A stretch of 64,000 bases of DNA from an uncultured Actinomycetes bacterium. GTDB lineage: Bacteria > Actinomycetota > Acidimicrobiia > IMCC26256 > DASPTH01. The position numbers and the translations under genes are program-made. The notes under the pieces are model-generated. The model was given only the letters and a program-made list of their open reading frames with translations, was not told the DNA's origin and made no database searches. Below, piece after piece: positions 9,161 to 20,328 of this stretch (positions within the stretch are counted from its first letter, which is position 1; every line of letters begins with the position of its first letter). The DNA is taken from assembly GCA_963841415.1 (NCBI GenBank), contig CAWJCN010000004.1:171470-235469 (forward strand), in the 5' to 3' direction.

Positions 9161-9420
9161 GCTCAGCCACCGGATTCGGTGGTCGGCGGCGCGAGTGTGG
9201 TGACGGGCAGCGTCCTCGCGACGGTGGTCGGGATCACCGCGACCGACGGCGGAGTGGTCGGGACCCGCCGGGTCGGCGCCGATGTGGTGGTCACCGGCGC
9301 TGACGCCGTGGGCATCGGAGCACTGGAGCTCGGCGGGTTGGGTACCCGGTTCGCGGGCTCGTCGGTGGCGACGACGGCCGCACGCGTTCGACATCGCAGG
9401 CCCGGCCCGGGGACGACTCC

Positions 9421-11442
9421 TCACTCGTGCCCAGGCCCCGAGGTCGCCAAACCGGCGGGGACGAACACCGCGGGCCGGCGCGCTCCGTAGACCGCATCGA
9501 GCGGCGCGAGCACGTCGATCCAGTCGTGGGTGTCAGCATGCACACCGGAAGGATCGAGCTCGTCGATCCCGCACGTGGGCTGCATGTGTCGCACCGGGAC
9601 GGCGACCACGATGTCGGGTGCACCACGCGCGAACGCACACACGTCGTCGGGTGCGTGGAGCGCGCGGTACGGCGACTCAGTGAAGTTCGGGATGCGGGCG
9701 CGCAGTGTGAGCAGGGTGTGGGTCACGAAGAGCTTTGCGGTGAGGCGATCGACCGGCTGACCGCACAGCAGCCGGTCGAGGAGCGAGCGGCGCAGCTCCC
9801 AGTCGACCGGACGCCGGTTGTCGGGATCGACGAGCAGGTGGTTCCACAACTCGTCGCCCTGAAACACGTCGGGTACGCCGGGCGCGGTGCACCGCACGAC
9901 GAGCGCGCCCAGCGCGATCCGATCGGCGGCGGGGAGGATGGTCTCGAGCAGCGGCACGAAGAGCTCGCGGAAGCGGGGGCTGCTCATCGCGCGATCGATC
10001 ACCTCCAGCACCTGATGCTCTCGCGCTTCGTCGGGATCGATCCAGTTCGTGTGACGCTTCGCCTCGCGCATCGCCTTGACGAGGTAGATGCCAAGCCGTT
10101 CGCGAGACAGCGGCCACGCGCCCACCAGCGTCTGCAACATGAACATCTGCTCGTCGTCGTCAGGACCGCCACCCGGACCGGCGTGCTCCGTGCAGAGATC
10201 GCGCCACCACGCCACGAGACGGAGCCACGCCTCGCCGATCGTCGACAGCACCGCGATGCGTGCGCGCACGTCGGCGCTGCGTTTCGTGTCGTGCGTGGTC
10301 GCCGCGAGCATCGAGCGCGGCCACGACGCCGCCCGCGCGTCGTTGGCCCGGTGGAAGTCGTCGACGGTGATGCCGAAGCGGTCGGGCTCGCCGCCGACTT
10401 CGTCGAGAGTGAGCAGGCGCACGTCGCGGTACATCGCCGTGTCCTCGACGCCCTTCGCCATCACCGCGCCGGTCGTCTGCTGGAAGCGGACCACGAACTC
10501 CGGCGATGTCTGATCGGGTCGCAGCAGCGCGTCGACGAACGCCGGGGGCAGATGCTCCAGCGCGGCGCGGTCCGCGGCGGACGCCGCGCCGCGTCGGTCG
10601 GGCTCGAGGTAGGTCCGGTAGACCGGAAGCGCTGCGAGCGCCGCCTCGAGGCCGTCGACGTCGGCGAGCCGACGGAGCCGGTCGACCTCGGGCACGAAGG
10701 TGGTGCTCACCTGTTGCGCCTTGGCCTCGGCAGCAACGACGCGGAAGGGTCGCCGCCCGGCGACGGCGGCATCGAGCGCGGCCTGGCCCGCGGGATCGAC
10801 GAACAGCGCGTCGGCGTCGACGAGGAAGTCGTAGCCCGTCGTCCCCTCGACCGGCCATGGCGGCAGCTGCTCGCCCGGCTCCAGGATCTTCTCGACCCAC
10901 AGGTGCTCGATGCCTGCGCTGCGCAACTGCGCCAAGTAGCCGGCCGGGTCGGCGAGGCCGTCGACGTGGTCGACCCGCAGGCCGGCGACCACACCGTCGC
11001 GTACGAGATCGACGATGGTCGCGTGCGTCACCGCGAACACCTCCGGGTCCTCGACGCGCACCCCCGCCAGCTCATCGATGTCGAAGAAGCGGCGGTGACC
11101 GCCGGCGGGGTCGAGATCGAAGACCTGCGCGCGCAACTGCGGGTCTGTCCAAAACGGGTTCTCGTCGGACACGGCCATGTGGTTGGGGACGACGTCGACG
11201 ATCAGGTCCAGGCCGGCAGCGGCGAGCGACCGGAGCCCGGCCTCGCCACCGAGCACCTCCGACACCCGACGCGGGTCGACGACGTCGTAGCCGTGGGTGG
11301 AACCGCGCCGCGCCTCGAGGATCGGCGACAGGTACAAGTGGCTCACACCGAGGCTGCGCAGGTACGGAACGAGCGCGGTCGCGTCGGCGAAGGTGAGGCT
11401 CGGTCCGAGCTGCAGCCGGTAGGTGGCGACGAGGGGCGTCAT
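9421..11442 (-). CDS. treY: Malto-oligosyltrehalose synthase
   Basis: 673 aa. N-terminus ATYRLQLGPSLTFADATALVPYLRSLGVSHLYLSPILEAR..GSTHGYDVVDP. ATGA overlap with the glgX stop. Confidence 0.9.
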   Translation of the reverse strand: MTPLVATYRLQLGPSLTFADATALVPYLRSLGVSHLYLSPILEARRGSTHGYDVVDPRRVSEVLGGEAGLRSLAAAGLDLIVDVVPNHMAVSDENPFWTDPQLRAQVFDLDPAGGHRRFFDIDELAGVRVEDPEVFAVTHATIVDLVRDGVVAGLRVDHVDGLADPAGYLAQLRSAGIEHLWVEKILEPGEQLPPWPVEGTTGYDFLVDADALFVDPAGQAALDAAVAGRRPFRVVAAEAKAQQVSTTFVPEVDRLRRLADVDGLEAALAALPVYRTYLEPDRRGAASAADRAALEHLPPAFVDALLRPDQTSPEFVVRFQQTTGAVMAKGVEDTAMYRDVRLLTLDEVGGEPDRFGITVDDFHRANDARAASWPRSMLAATTHDTKRSADVRARIAVLSTIGEAWLRLVAWWRDLCTEHAGPGGGPDDDEQMFMLQTLVGAWPLSRERLGIYLVKAMREAKRHTNWIDPDEAREHQVLEVIDRAMSSPRFRELFVPLLETILPAADRIALGALVVRCTAPGVPDVFQGDELWNHLLVDPDNRRPVDWELRRSLLDRLLCGQPVDRLTAKLFVTHTLLTLRARIPNFTESPYRALHAPDDVCAFARGAPDIVVAVPVRHMQPTCGIDELDPSGVHADTHDWIDVLAPLDAVYGARRPAVFVPAGLATSGPGHE

Positions 11443-13547
11443 CGACGACGGCTGAGCACCACCACCGAGCGCTCATCCACCGCGACGGGCTGGCGCGCGG
11501 TGTACTCACGGCCCTCGGCGTCGGCGGTAGTCGTCGACAGCTCGACGTACCACCGCGCGCCGAAGCGCCGGGGCGGGAGCAGGAACTCGACCGGCTCGTG
11601 CCGCGCATTGAACATCAGGATGAGCGAGTCGTCGTGCACCGGTTCACCTTGGGACGTCACCGATCGGATCGCCTCGCCGTTGAGGAACACGCCGACGGGA
11701 CCACCGGGAACCTCCCAGTCGCGTCGCGCCATCCGGCGCCCGTCGCAACGGAACCACCAGATGTCGGGCAGGCCCTGCGCGTCGGGCTCACCGCCGAAGA
11801 ACGTGTCGCGCCGCACGACGGGATGGCAGTGGCGGAACTCGACGAGCCGCCGCGCGAACGCATGGAGATCCTCTTGGTGCAGGTCGAGGTCCCAGTCGAG
11901 CCACGACACCCCGTTGTCCTGGCAGTACGCGTTGTTGTTGCCGGCCTGCGTACGACCGAGCTCGTCGCCGGCCAGGAGCATCGGCACGCCCTGCGACATG
12001 AACAGCGTGGCGAGGAAGTTGCGCTGTTGCCGCGCGCGCAGCGCGAGCACGTCGGGATCATCGGTCGGACCCTCGACACCGCAATTCCAGCTGCGGTTGT
12101 CGTCGGAACCGTCGGTGTTGTCGGCAAGGTTCGCGTCGTTGTGCTTCTCGTTGTACGAGACGAGGTCGGCGAGCGTGAAGCCGTCATGGGCGGTGATGAA
12201 GTTGATCGACGCGAACGGGCGGCGTCCGTCGCGCTCGAACAGGTCGGCGGATCCCGCGAAACGGGTCGCGAAGTCGCCCACCGGCGCCACCCCGCGCCAG
12301 TAGTCGCGCACGGTGTCGCGGTAGGGGCCGTTCCATTCCGTCCACAGCACCGGGAAGTTGCCCACCTGGTAGCCCCCTTCGCCGACGTCCCACGGCTCGG
12401 CGATGAGCTTCACCTGCGAGAGCACCGGATCCTGGAAGACGATGTCGAAGAAGGCGGACAGGCGGTTCACCTCGTGGAATTCGCGCGCCAACGCGGCGGC
12501 GAGGTCGAAGCGGAACCCGTCGACATGGCACTCGACGACGAAGTAGCGGAGCGAGTCCATGATCAACCGCAGGACGTTGGGGCTCACGGGGTTGAGGCTG
12601 TTGCCGGTTCCCGTGTAGTCGACGTAAGAGCGCGGATCTTCCGGGTCCAAGCGGTAGTAGGACGCGTTGTCGATGCCGCGGAACGAGAGCAAGGGCCCGA
12701 GGTGGTTGCCCTCGGCGGTGTGGTTGTAGACGACGTCGAGGATCACCTCGATGCCCGCGGCATGCAGTGCTTTCACCATGCCCTTGAACTCGGCGAGCTG
12801 CTGGCCGCGCCGGCCGGTCGCGGCGTACTCGGAGTGCGGCGCGAGGTAGCCGATCGAGCTGTACCCCCAGTAGTTGGTGAGACCTTTGTCGACCAGTTCC
12901 GCTTCGTCGGCGATCTGGTGCACGGGGAGCAGCTCCACCGCGGTGATGCCGAGATCCACCAGGTGCGCGATCGCCTCCTCGGACGCGAGCGCGGCGTACG
13001 TGCCCCGCAGGTCATCGCGGATGCGTGGATGAGCACGCGTGAAACCCCTGACGTGCGCCTCGTAGATGATGGTCTCGTTCCACGGACGCCGGGGCGGCCG
13101 GTCGCCCTCCCAGTCGAAGTGCTCGGACACCACCACCGACTTCGGGATCGCGTCCTGGTCGTCCTCGTCGTCGGCGATCAGGTCGGCCTCGTCGCCGTCG
13201 GGCACATACGGCAGCACGTTGGCGACGCGGTAACCGATCGGACCGTCGATCGCCTTCGCGTAGGGATCGATGAGCAATTTGCGAGGGTTGAACCGCTGAC
13301 CCGCCTTCGGGTCGTAGGGGCCGTGCACGCGATATCCGTAGCGCTGACCGGGCCCGACCCCGGGGAGATAGCAGTGCCAGTGGAACGCGGTGCGCTCGCC
13401 GAGGGTGATGCGGGTCTCGTGGTCGTCGTTGTCGAACAGGCACAGCTCGACGCGTTCGGCGTGCTCGGAGAACAGCGCGAAGTTGGTCCCGTCGCCATCC
13501 CAGACCGCGCCGAGCGGGAAGGGCGACCCGGGCCACATCTCGGTCAT
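11439..13547 (-). CDS. glgX: Glycogen debranching enzyme (GlgX/TreX)
   Basis: GH13 debranching motifs ([36 protein letters not shown]). ATG 13547 overlaps the treZ stop (ATGA). Confidence 0.9.
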   Translation of the reverse strand: MTEMWPGSPFPLGAVWDGDGTNFALFSEHAERVELCLFDNDDHETRITLGERTAFHWHCYLPGVGPGQRYGYRVHGPYDPKAGQRFNPRKLLIDPYAKAIDGPIGYRVANVLPYVPDGDEADLIADDEDDQDAIPKSVVVSEHFDWEGDRPPRRPWNETIIYEAHVRGFTRAHPRIRDDLRGTYAALASEEAIAHLVDLGITAVELLPVHQIADEAELVDKGLTNYWGYSSIGYLAPHSEYAATGRRGQQLAEFKGMVKALHAAGIEVILDVVYNHTAEGNHLGPLLSFRGIDNASYYRLDPEDPRSYVDYTGTGNSLNPVSPNVLRLIMDSLRYFVVECHVDGFRFDLAAALAREFHEVNRLSAFFDIVFQDPVLSQVKLIAEPWDVGEGGYQVGNFPVLWTEWNGPYRDTVRDYWRGVAPVGDFATRFAGSADLFERDGRRPFASINFITAHDGFTLADLVSYNEKHNDANLADNTDGSDDNRSWNCGVEGPTDDPDVLALRARQQRNFLATLFMSQGVPMLLAGDELGRTQAGNNNAYCQDNGVSWLDWDLDLHQEDLHAFARRLVEFRHCHPVVRRDTFFGGEPDAQGLPDIWWFRCDGRRMARRDWEVPGGPVGVFLNGEAIRSVTSQGEPVHDDSLILMFNARHEPVEFLLPPRRFGARWYVELSTTTADAEGREYTARQPVAVDERSVVVLSRRR

Positions 13548-15091
13548 CGCATCCGTCCCTCCCACGGGCCGACGCCGTGCTGCTCGTCGTCGGAGAAGTT
13601 CATGAGCAGCTCGACCTCACCCCGCCACACACGCAAGAAACGGGCCTCCTCGTCGACCTGCACCCGGATCGGACCGGTGGGGAGCGCACGCCGCAGTGCG
13701 AGCAGGCCGCGGTAGTACTCACGGTGGGCGCGGTTGCCGCCGTCGGGATCGATCTTCGACCGGACGAAGGTGTCGAGCGCGCCGGGGTCGGGCACGTCGG
13801 GATCGCCGAACGCGGCGAAGTCGGCGAACTCCCGGCGGCGCCCTTCTCGCGTGGCCCGCGCGATCTCCGGGTCGTCGTGGTCGGCGAAGAACAGGAACGG
13901 ATGCCGCTCGTCATGTTCCTCCCCCATGAAGAGCGTCGGGACACCGGGCGCGAGGATCGCGCAGAACGCGGCGAGGCGCAGCTTGGCGCCGTGCAATCGG
14001 TCGCCGAGCGCGCGGTTGCCGACCTGGTCGTGGTTCTGCGCGCAGACGACGATCCGGCGCGCATCCTCCCGCTCGTACTCGCGCGCGGCATCGGCCACCG
14101 TACCGTACGACGCGTAGTAGCCGTCGCGTTCCCCGGTGAGGAGCACGTGCACCGCGTGGTGGAGCTCGTCACCCCACTGCGCATCGCATCCCCAGTCGTC
14201 GATCGGACGTGTGTCACCGGTCTCGATCTCGCCGATGACGAGGGTGGACTCACGCACCGCGCGCACCCGCGCCGCGAGCTCCGCGACGATGTGCGGTTCG
14301 CAGTCGTCGACGATGGCGTGGACGGCGTCGAGCCGCAGGCCGTCGACGTGGTAGTCGCGGACCCACTGCTCGGCGTTCTGGATCGCCCACTCGCGCACAC
14401 CTCGGCGCGAGAACGCGATCGCGGGACCCCAGAAGGTCTCGCGGCCCGGATCGGTGTACGGCGCGAAGGCGGTCAAGGCCTTGGCTCCCGGGCCGAGGTG
14501 GTTGTAGACGACGTCGAGCAGTACGCCGAGGCCGAGCGAGTGCGCGGCGTCCACGAAGCGAGCGAGACCCTGGGGCCCGCCGTAGTCCGGGTGGGGCGCC
14601 GAGGTGTAGAGCCCGTCGTACCCCCAGCCGAAATGTCCGGGGAAGGTGGCCACCGGCATGAGCTGGACGGCGGTGACGCCGAGGTCGACGAGCGCTGCGA
14701 GACGGTCGGCGGCGGCCTCGAAGGTGCCCTCGGTCGTGAACGCTCCGACGTGCAGCTCGTAGACGACGAGATCGTGGAGGGCGACGCCCGGCCACGTGTG
14801 GTCCGTCCACACGAACGTACGCGGATCGACCACGCTCGACGATCCCCGAACGCCGTCGGGTTGGCACCGGCTCGTCGGGTCCGGGTACATGCGCGACGCG
14901 TCGACTCGGAAGCGGTAGCGGTCACCCGGCGCGCCTGAGCACGTGAGGACGTGGGTGCCATCGCCGGCGGGGATGAGCGGCAGAGTTCCAGCGTCGGTCA
15001 CGAGCTCGATGAGTCGCGCGTCGGGTGCCCACACCGTGAAGGTGACGTCGTCTCTCTCGACGACCGCGCCGAGGTGCGGAAAGCGACTCAC
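13544..15091 (-). CDS. treZ: Malto-oligosyltrehalose trehalohydrolase
   Basis: 515 aa GH13 ([24 protein letters not shown]). GTG start overlaps the glgB stop (GTGA). Confidence 0.9.
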   Translation of the reverse strand: MSRFPHLGAVVERDDVTFTVWAPDARLIELVTDAGTLPLIPAGDGTHVLTCSGAPGDRYRFRVDASRMYPDPTSRCQPDGVRGSSSVVDPRTFVWTDHTWPGVALHDLVVYELHVGAFTTEGTFEAAADRLAALVDLGVTAVQLMPVATFPGHFGWGYDGLYTSAPHPDYGGPQGLARFVDAAHSLGLGVLLDVVYNHLGPGAKALTAFAPYTDPGRETFWGPAIAFSRRGVREWAIQNAEQWVRDYHVDGLRLDAVHAIVDDCEPHIVAELAARVRAVRESTLVIGEIETGDTRPIDDWGCDAQWGDELHHAVHVLLTGERDGYYASYGTVADAAREYEREDARRIVVCAQNHDQVGNRALGDRLHGAKLRLAAFCAILAPGVPTLFMGEEHDERHPFLFFADHDDPEIARATREGRRREFADFAAFGDPDVPDPGALDTFVRSKIDPDGGNRAHREYYRGLLALRRALPTGPIRVQVDEEARFLRVWRGEVELLMNFSDDEQHGVGPWEGRMR

Positions 15092-17253
15092 GATCCCGAC
15101 GGCGCGAGCCAGAGCACTCCGAGCGGCGGGAGCGTCACGCGCGCCTGCCCGGCCCCAGTCTCACCGGGCGCGACCATCACCATGCCGCCGTTGCCCACGT
15201 CGGAGCCACCGAAGAAGCGCGAGTCGGTGTCCAGGAGCTCCTCCCACTCCCCCGGCGCGGGGAACCCGATCGCGTACTCGTAGCGAGGCACGGGTGAGAG
15301 GTTCACGACGCAGACGACCGGGCGTCCTCCGCCCGGGTCGTAGCGCGCGAACGCGAACACGTTGTGGTCGGCATCCGTGCCCGCGAGCCAGCCAAAGGCG
15401 CCCGGATCGTCGTCACCGGCCCACAGTGCCGGCTCCGATCGGTAGCACCGGTTCAGGTCGCGCACGAGCGAGTGCATGCCCCGATGCCCAGGGACGTCGA
15501 GCAGGTCCCAGTCGAGCGCGTGGTCGTGATGCCATTCACGTTCCTGTGCGAGCTCACCGCCCATGAACAGCAGCTTCTTCCCGGGATGCGCCCACATGAA
15601 CGCGAGCAAGGCTCGCAGGTTGGCCAACTGCTGCCAGCGGTCGCCCGGCATCTTCCCGAGCAAAGACCGCTTTCCGTGCACCACCTCGTCGTGCGACAAC
15701 GGAAGGACGTACCGCTCGCTGTAGGCGTACACCATCGCGAACGTGAGCTCGTCGTGGTGGAAGCGACGGTGGATCGGCTCACGCGCGTAGTACTCGAGAG
15801 TGTCGTGCATCCACCCCATGTTCCACTTCAAACCGAAGCCCAGTCCGCCGTCGCTCAGCGGAGCGGTGACTCCCGGCCACGCCGTCGACTCTTCGGCGAT
15901 CGCGTACGCGCCGGGCGCGGCTTCGGGCAACCACGAGTTGAGATCACGCAGAAACGTGACGGCGTCGAGGTTCTCGCGTCCGCCGCGCGCGTTCGGAAGC
16001 CATTCGCCGGGTTCGCGGGAGTAGTCGAGGTAGAGCATCGACGCGACGGCATCGACGCGCAGCGCATCGACATGGAAGTCGCGTACCCAGGTGGCCGCGC
16101 TGGCGAGCAGGAAATTGCGCACTTCCGTGCGCCCGTAGTTGAAGATGAGCGTTCCCCAATCGGGGTGCGTGCCCTGACGCGGGTCGTGATGCTCGTAGAG
16201 CGCGGTGCCGTCGAAGCGCGCCAGGGCCCAGTCGTCACGTGGGAAGTGTGCAGGAACCCAGTCGACGATCACTCCGACGCCGCGACGGTGGAGCTCGTCG
16301 ACGAAGGCGCGGAAGTCGTCAGGGGTTCCCCAGCGCGCCGAGGGCGCGTGGTAGCCGGTGACCTGGTAGCCCCACGACCCGCTGAACGGGTGCTCGAGCA
16401 CGGCCATGAGCTCGAGGTGCGTGAAGCCGAGATCGGTCACGTAGTCGCCGAGCTCGCGGGCGAGCGCCCGCCAGTCGAGGCCGAGCCGCCACGATCCGGG
16501 ATGCACCTCGTACACCGACATCGGTCGCGGCGACGCGCTCGCGGTGGACCGGCGGGCCATCCACTCGTCGTCGGCCCAGCGGTGCGACGACTCGAACACG
16601 ACGGATGCACTCGCGGGAGGTACTTCGTTCCACGCCGCCAGCGGGTCGGCGTGGAGCCGCACGCGGTCGTCGGCCCCGTGGACCGCGAACTTGTAGCGCA
16701 TGCCCGGCGACGCCGCCGGGACGAAGAGCTCCCACACGCCCGAGGCTCCGAGCGAGCGCATGGGGAGCGTGCGATCGTCCCAGCGGTTGCAGTCACCGAC
16801 GAGGGCGACGGCGTGCGCGGCGGGCGCCCACACCGCGAACGAGATCCCGACGACTCCCTGGTGCTCTCGCACGTGCGCGCCGAGCACCCGGCCCAGCTCG
16901 CGGTGCTGGCCCTCGCCGAAGAGGTGGAGGTCGAGCTCGCCGAGCGAAGGGAGGAACCGGTACGGATCGTCGACCGGTTCCGGCGCGTCGGCGAGCAGCA
17001 GCCGGTAGCGGAGGCTCACGTCGGCGTCGGGCAGGACGAGCTCGAACAGACCGCGAGGGTCGACGCTCGTCATCGGGACGACGTCACCATCGAGGACGAC
17101 GGCGGGGGTACGGCCACGCGGTTCGTAGGTGCGCACGAGCACGCCACCGTCGCGCGCCGGATGGAGCCCGAGCAGCTGGTGGGGATCGTGCTGGGTGCGC
17201 GCCAGCAGCCGTTCGAATTCCTGCTCCACGGCAGGGGCCAGGAGCCGACTCAC
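15088..17253 (-). CDS. glgB: 1,4-alpha-glucan branching enzyme
   Basis: GH13_9 motifs (SWGYQVTGYHAPSARWGTPDDF, DALRVDAVASMLY). Likely start is GTG 17253, overlapping the pep2 stop (GTGA); the ORF track extends to 17469. Confidence 0.9.
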   Translation of the reverse strand: MSRLLAPAVEQEFERLLARTQHDPHQLLGLHPARDGGVLVRTYEPRGRTPAVVLDGDVVPMTSVDPRGLFELVLPDADVSLRYRLLLADAPEPVDDPYRFLPSLGELDLHLFGEGQHRELGRVLGAHVREHQGVVGISFAVWAPAAHAVALVGDCNRWDDRTLPMRSLGASGVWELFVPAASPGMRYKFAVHGADDRVRLHADPLAAWNEVPPASASVVFESSHRWADDEWMARRSTASASPRPMSVYEVHPGSWRLGLDWRALARELGDYVTDLGFTHLELMAVLEHPFSGSWGYQVTGYHAPSARWGTPDDFRAFVDELHRRGVGVIVDWVPAHFPRDDWALARFDGTALYEHHDPRQGTHPDWGTLIFNYGRTEVRNFLLASAATWVRDFHVDALRVDAVASMLYLDYSREPGEWLPNARGGRENLDAVTFLRDLNSWLPEAAPGAYAIAEESTAWPGVTAPLSDGGLGFGLKWNMGWMHDTLEYYAREPIHRRFHHDELTFAMVYAYSERYVLPLSHDEVVHGKRSLLGKMPGDRWQQLANLRALLAFMWAHPGKKLLFMGGELAQEREWHHDHALDWDLLDVPGHRGMHSLVRDLNRCYRSEPALWAGDDDPGAFGWLAGTDADHNVFAFARYDPGGGRPVVCVVNLSPVPRYEYAIGFPAPGEWEELLDTDSRFFGGSDVGNGGMVMVAPGETGAGQARVTLPPLGVLWLAPSGS

Positions 17254-18599
17254 ACGAACGCCGCCTCGAGCAATCCGATGATGCTCTCGACCGGGATGTC
17301 GACCCACTCGGGCCGGTGGTCGAGCTCGTAGCGCAACTCGTAGAACGCCTTCTCCAGTTCGAACATCGTCAGTTGCTGCTCCTGGGCTTCGAGCGACGAC
17401 GGCAAGACCGCCACCGCGGCGGAAGTGCGGTACGCGTCGAGGAAGCGCGCTCGCGCCTCGGCCTCCCAACCGACGGCCACCGGTGTCCCGTCGCGGCGCG
17501 CCGCGCTCGCGAGATACGACAACGACCGCAGCATGCCGGCGACATCGCGCAGAGGTGCGCTCTTCTGCCGCCGCGCGGGAGCCGTACGCGCCGGCTCGCC
17601 TTCGAAGTCGATCACCATCCAGTCGTGGTCGTACCGCAGTGCCTGGCCGAGGTGCAGGTCGCCGTGGGTCCGGATGTTCCGCCCCAGCGCAGCTGACGGC
17701 GCGGTCGCCAGCACGAGGTCGTGGGCCTGGTTGCGCCGACCCACGAGGGCGGCAAGCTCTTCGCGGTCGCCGAGCTCGTCGAACGTGGCATCGATCTCCT
17801 CGTCGATCCGCGCCGAGAGGAGACCGGCGCTCTCGGGGGTCGGATCCTCGGGCGCGAACGCAGGATCGGAGACGTCGGACGCGAGCACGGCGTGCATCTC
17901 ACCGACGACGGCACCGAGCTGCTCGAGCTGCGCGATCAGCCGGTCGGGCGACGACGCGAGCTCGCGCCGACCGAGCTCCCATCCGTCGACCGCGCCGGCC
18001 ACGAAGCGCTGGAGCAAGCCCAGCGTCGCCTGCACCCGCTCACCCTCGTAGCCGTACCAGCCGGCGAGCTCGGGCACGTGCGAGAAGCCGTGCTCGGCGA
18101 AGAAGAGGAGCATGTCGAGCTCCGTGTTGATTCCCGCCCGCACGTGGCGGTACGTCTTGACGAGCAGGTCGTCGACGACCACCACGGTGTTCGACGCTTC
18201 GGCTCCGAGCCCTCGCGCGACCGGTTCGGCGGGTGGCGTGATCGGTCGGATGGCATCGAACGCGATACGTCCGTCGGTCCCGACGACGGTTGCGCGCCCG
18301 GCGGTGAGCTCGACGAGTCGGGTGGCGAGCGCGGGGTCGTCGGTGGCTTCGAACACGTCGCCATCGCGGTCGCGCACGAGCAGCTGATAGAGCTCGCGGG
18401 TCCCCGTGTCGAACTGCAACTCGACGAGCACCACTCGCAGGCTCGCGTCGTCGCAGAGCGCCACGGCGTCGACCACTCCCGCGCCGTGCACGTCGCGAGT
18501 GTGCGCTCCGTACCAACGCTGCTGCTGCAGGTACGGCACGAGCGCGTCGTCGTCGATCATGCCGGCCGACCCCAGCCGAGCGCGTTCCTCAGCCATCAC
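17250..18599 (-). CDS. pep2: Maltokinase (Pep2/Mak)
   Basis: 449 aa. Kinase-like core with HGDLHLGQ and a position between treS and glgB. The start overlaps the treS 3' end by 8-11 nt. Confidence 0.85.
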   Translation of the reverse strand: MMAEERARLGSAGMIDDDALVPYLQQQRWYGAHTRDVHGAGVVDAVALCDDASLRVVLVELQFDTGTRELYQLLVRDRDGDVFEATDDPALATRLVELTAGRATVVGTDGRIAFDAIRPITPPAEPVARGLGAEASNTVVVVDDLLVKTYRHVRAGINTELDMLLFFAEHGFSHVPELAGWYGYEGERVQATLGLLQRFVAGAVDGWELGRRELASSPDRLIAQLEQLGAVVGEMHAVLASDVSDPAFAPEDPTPESAGLLSARIDEEIDATFDELGDREELAALVGRRNQAHDLVLATAPSAALGRNIRTHGDLHLGQALRYDHDWMVIDFEGEPARTAPARRQKSAPLRDVAGMLRSLSYLASAARRDGTPVAVGWEAEARARFLDAYRTSAAVAVLPSSLEAQEQQLTMFELEKAFYELRYELDHRPEWVDIPVESIIGLLEAAFV

Positions 18600-20328
18600 T
18601 CCGCCTCAGCACGAACCAGAAGAACCCGCGACCCGGCAGCGTGAGCAGATACGGCAGCGTGCCGATGCTCGGGAACCGCGTGCGACCGAACATCTCCTCC
18701 GGCTCCATCCCCTCGAAGCGCGAGAGATCGAGCTCGACCGCCTGCGCGGAGCGCGCCATGTTGTGGACGCACAGCACCACTTCTTCCTCGAACGTGCGCA
18801 GGTGCGCGAACACGTGGTGGTTGGCTGGTCGCAACGCCTCGTAACCGCCGCACCCGAACACCGGATGGTCCTTGCGGAGGGCGATGAACCGGTGGATCCA
18901 GCGCAGCAGCGAGGTCGACGTGCGCAACTGCGCCTCCACGTTGACGGCCTGGTAGCCGTACACGGGATCCATGAGGGGTGGGAGGTAGAGCCGCGCGAAG
19001 TCGGCGCGCGAGAACCCCCCGTTGCGATCGCCGGTCCACTGCATCGGCGTGCGGACGCCGTCGCGGTCGCCGAGGTAGATGTTGTCGCCCATCCCGATCT
19101 CGTCGCCGTAGTAGAGGATCGGGCTCCCGGGCAGCGAGAACAGCACGGCAGTTGCCAGCTCCATGTCGTCGCGGCCGTTCTCGAGCAGCGGCGCGAGCCG
19201 ACGTCGGATGCCGAGATTGAGCCGCATGAGCGGGTCGTTGGCATACTCGCCGTACATGTAGTCGCGTTCCTCGTCGGTCACCATCTCGAGCGTCAGCTCG
19301 TCGTGGTTGCGGAGGAACACTCCCCACTGCGCGTTCTCCGGGATCTCGGGCGTCTGCTCGAGGATGTCGATGATGGGTCGTGCTTCTTCCCGCCGCATCG
19401 ACATGAACAGGCGCGGCATCACCGGGAACTGGAACGCCATGTGGCACTCGTCGCCGTCGCCGAAGTACTCGACGACGTCCGCGGGCCACTGATTCGCTTC
19501 GGCGAGCAGCACCCGGTCCGGGTACTCGTCGTCGATGGTCTTGCGGATCCGCTTCAGGAACGTGTGCGTCGCCGGAAGGTTCTCGCAGTCGGTGCCTTCC
19601 TGCTCGAACAGGTACGGCACCGCATCGAGCCGCAGGCCGTCGAGACCGAAATCGAGCCAGTACCGCATCACGTCGAGCAGCGCGTCCTGGACCTCGGGGT
19701 TCTCGAAGTTCAGGTCGGGTTGATGCGAGAAGAAGCGGTGCCAGTAGTACTGGCCGACGACCGGATCGAACGTCCAGTTCGACGACTCGCTGTCGACGAA
19801 GATGATGCGCGCGTCCCGGTAGCGATCTTCGGTGTCGGACCACACATACCAGTCGCGCCTGCGGCTGTCGCGCGACGCCCGCGCGTCGCGAAACCACTCG
19901 TGGTCACTGGAGGTGTGGTTCATGACGAGATCGGCGATCACGCGAATACGGCGCTGGTGGGCCTGCTCGACGAACGCGGCGAAGTCGTCGGTGCTGCCGT
20001 AGTCCGGATGCACCGAGTAGAAGTCGGAGATGTCGTAGCCGCCGTCACGCAGTGGCGATGCGTAGAACGGAAGCAGCCAGATGCAATCGATCCCCAGCCA
20101 TTCGAGGTAGTCGAGCCGTTCGGTCAGGCCGAGGAAGTCGCCGATGCCGTCGCCGTTCCCATCGGCGAAGCCGCGGACGTGGATCTCGTAGAACACCGCG
20201 CGCTTGAACCACAGCGGGTCCGACTCGAACCAGCGCGGCGCGGCATCGGTCAGCCCACCGGCGGCAGTGAGCTGCCGTCGGAGGTCGCCCAGCTCGGGTC
20301 GGCGGAGCGTGAGCTCGCCCGTGCTCAT
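18589..20328 (-). CDS. treS: Trehalose synthase / maltose alpha-D-glucosyltransferase
   Basis: [26 protein letters not shown]..., [28 protein letters not shown] 20328 overlaps the glgE stop (ATGA). The rest of ORF 18589..21312 is the alternative frame of glgE. Confidence 0.9.
   Translation of the reverse strand: MSTGELTLRRPELGDLRRQLTAAGGLTDAAPRWFESDPLWFKRAVFYEIHVRGFADGNGDGIGDFLGLTERLDYLEWLGIDCIWLLPFYASPLRDGGYDISDFYSVHPDYGSTDDFAAFVEQAHQRRIRVIADLVMNHTSSDHEWFRDARASRDSRRRDWYVWSDTEDRYRDARIIFVDSESSNWTFDPVVGQYYWHRFFSHQPDLNFENPEVQDALLDVMRYWLDFGLDGLRLDAVPYLFEQEGTDCENLPATHTFLKRIRKTIDDEYPDRVLLAEANQWPADVVEYFGDGDECHMAFQFPVMPRLFMSMRREEARPIIDILEQTPEIPENAQWGVFLRNHDELTLEMVTDEERDYMYGEYANDPLMRLNLGIRRRLAPLLENGRDDMELATAVLFSLPGSPILYYGDEIGMGDNIYLGDRDGVRTPMQWTGDRNGGFSRADFARLYLPPLMDPVYGYQAVNVEAQLRTSTSLLRWIHRFIALRKDHPVFGCGGYEALRPANHHVFAHLRTFEEEVVLCVHNMARSAQAVELDLSRFEGMEPEEMFGRTRFPSIGTLPYLLTLPGRGFFWFVLRRSDG

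Noticed and set aside
9161-9420. Possible small gene between DUF1345 and treY (Gly/Val-rich on plus, or Pro/Thr-rich ending TTESGG on minus)
   Set aside because: Both strands show high third-position GC, and neither has a convincing start, SD or family resemblance. I cannot choose between them or non-coding DNA.
9427-13715. Long plus-strand ORFs (958 aa, 705 aa) across the treY/glgX region; similar ones occur opposite treZ, glgB, treS, glgE and mfd
   Set aside because: They are antisense or alternative frames of well-supported GH13 genes and have no recognisable motifs. They are GC-driven open frames.
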